NCBI GenBank assembly: GCA_964016885.1
Contig: OZ024741.1
Location: forward strand, 40,610,001 to 40,674,000
Length of the DNA: 64,000 nucleotides
From: Eledone cirrhosa
Taxonomy: Eukaryota
Direction: 5' to 3'
The notes under the pieces were generated by a model. It searched no databases. It was not told the origin of the DNA and saw only the letters and a program-made list of their open reading frames with translations. Shown piece by piece: positions 62,037-64,000 of the stretch. Every line of letters starts with the position of its first letter. Position 1 is the stretch's first letter. The translations under genes were made by a program, and so were the position numbers.

Positions 62037-62083
62037 TAGTATAGAATAGTATTGATGTGTATGCGCCACGGAAAAAAGCACAC

Positions 62084-62241
<158 letters not shown>

Positions 62242-62354
62242 TTTCAGAGTCAGGTTGGATCACTACATCGATCGTGCATCGAGCTGGTCGCCCGACAAAT
62301 AATTGTAGCATGTCCAATAAATTCCTTTCGTCGCAACACCGATTCTCTTTTCTC

Positions 62355-62530
<176 letters not shown>

Positions 62531-62554
62531 TCTTGAGACTAGTAAAATGAGGTA

Positions 62555-62644
62555 TCCTCTTGATAAGTCGGCAGACCTCGCAAGGACTCTATGTCTTTAT
62601 GATATATTGTTTTTGTTTATGCCACGAAACTACGTAGTCGAGGA
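62555..62644 (+). ncRNA. Type I hammerhead ribozyme, U3-A8 core variant, copy 1
   Basis: tcctc-TTGATAA-gt(c)ggca...tgccac-GAAAC-tacgta-GTC-gagga; predicted cleavage after 62639. Confidence 0.78.
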
Positions 62645-63149
62645 ATTTAGGAGTAGTTTAGGTATGATACATTTTATTACTAATTATATCTAAATATTTC
62701 TTCTCTCTTCATAATGTATTTTTAACTCTGATACTGGTTCAGTCTAGTTCAACTGAATTGGTCTGTCCCAGTCATTCATTGAGCAACATCGGTGAAGTTG
62801 GCACCCTTAACTCACAGTTGGGTGCGGATGCATTCATGTATATATGTGTGTGTCCGCATGTATCTGTGTGTTTCTAATTATATTGTTAATAACTCCCTCT
62901 GGTCGAGCAATCTTTGAAGTGTGGGGACAGCTGGAAGGCTTCCATTACTCATACTTCTCGCCTTCTTCACCACCTCTTCTGCGGCCTCGATATGAATACC
63001 CCCTCCGCCTCCGTGGTATTTTCTTCGGGGTTATAAGAGGCTTAGCTCTGTTTCTCGACCGTTATATCGCGTGACTATCTCCCCCTCCGCCTTTTGGGAT
63101 TCTTTCTCACGTCGTGTAGACGCGTTCTTGAGACTAGTAAAATGAGGTA

Positions 63150-63239
63150 TCCTCTTGATAAGTCGGCAGACCTCGCAAGGACTCTATGTCTTTATGATAT
63201 ATTGTTTTTGTTTATGCCACGAAACTACGTAGTCGAGGA
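63150..63239 (+). ncRNA. Type I hammerhead ribozyme, U3-A8 core variant, copy 2
   Basis: Identical to copy 1; predicted cleavage after 63234. Confidence 0.78.
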
Positions 63240-63308
63240 ATTTAGGAGTAGTTTAGGTATGATACATTTTATTACTAATTATATCTAAATATTTCTTCTC
63301 TCTTCATA

Positions 63309-63314
<6 letters not shown>

Positions 63315-63342
<28 letters not shown>

Positions 63343-63354
63343 TATACTATACTA

Positions 63355-63406
<52 letters not shown>

Positions 63407-63408
63407 TA

Positions 63409-63444
<36 letters not shown>

Positions 63445-63446
63445 TA

Positions 63447-63534
<88 letters not shown>

Positions 63535-63586
63535 TATACTATATATATATATATATATATAAATATATATATACTATACTATACTA

Positions 63587-63654
<68 letters not shown>

Positions 63655-63690
63655 TATACTATATATATATATATATATATAAATAAATAT
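63315..63690. repeat. (TA)n microsatellite with TATAC interruptions; further long (TA)n at 62084-62223, 62359-62529 and 55915-56113
   Basis: Direct reading. Confidence 0.97.
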
Positions 63691-63770
63691 ATACTACCAA
63701 AACTCTGATCTTGATTGCTTGCTTGCACACACTTTCTCTCTCTCTATATATGTTCATATTTGTGTATATA

Positions 63771-63961
63771 CAGGTTGTCCGCCCAAAAATGTATACCCAC
63801 TTTGATTACCTGTACAGGCAATATATATATTAGAATGGTGTATACACTTTTAGGGACCCCGGTATATATATATATGGTGTCCCCGGAAAATGTATACACA
63901 CTTTGATTATCTGTACAGGCAATATATATATTAGAATGGTGTATACATTTTTAGGGACCCC

Positions 63962-63994
<33 letters not shown>

Positions 63995-64000
63995 TGTCCC
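63771..64000. repeat. Tandem copies of a ~100-bp Tc1/mariner-type mini-MITE separated by (TA)n
   Basis: Units start at ~63771, ~63875 and ~63993; TIR and interior match the reverse complement of 42760-42830. Confidence 0.75.

Overview
AT-rich, repeat-dominated animal genomic DNA. The SINE/RTE families and microsatellite load suggest a cephalopod (octopus); this is inference. Bases 1-20 kb are a ~13.5 kb-period segmental duplication containing a huge telomere-like hexamer tract, a foldback element, exon-like cassettes and a 4 x ~1.75 kb tandem array with an embedded SINE. The rest holds a full-length but decayed Ty3/Gypsy LTR element (171-bp LTRs, 5-bp TSD, apparent self-priming PBS), RTE/CRE/CR1 LINE pieces, Helitrons, MITEs and an intact Naiad-like Penelope element. 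One spliced host gene that the ORF track misses is present on +: four exons of a divergent spermidine/spermine N-acetyltransferase (SSAT/GNAT) lacking the acetyl-CoA loop. The most striking signal is a set of hammerhead-ribozyme motifs in (TA)n-embedded elements. The best is a non-coding element with two identical 190-bp repeats, each carrying a U3-A8 variant hammerhead, predicted to release a 595-nt circularisable RNA (retrozyme-like). All calls were read by eye; no database search or folding program was run.
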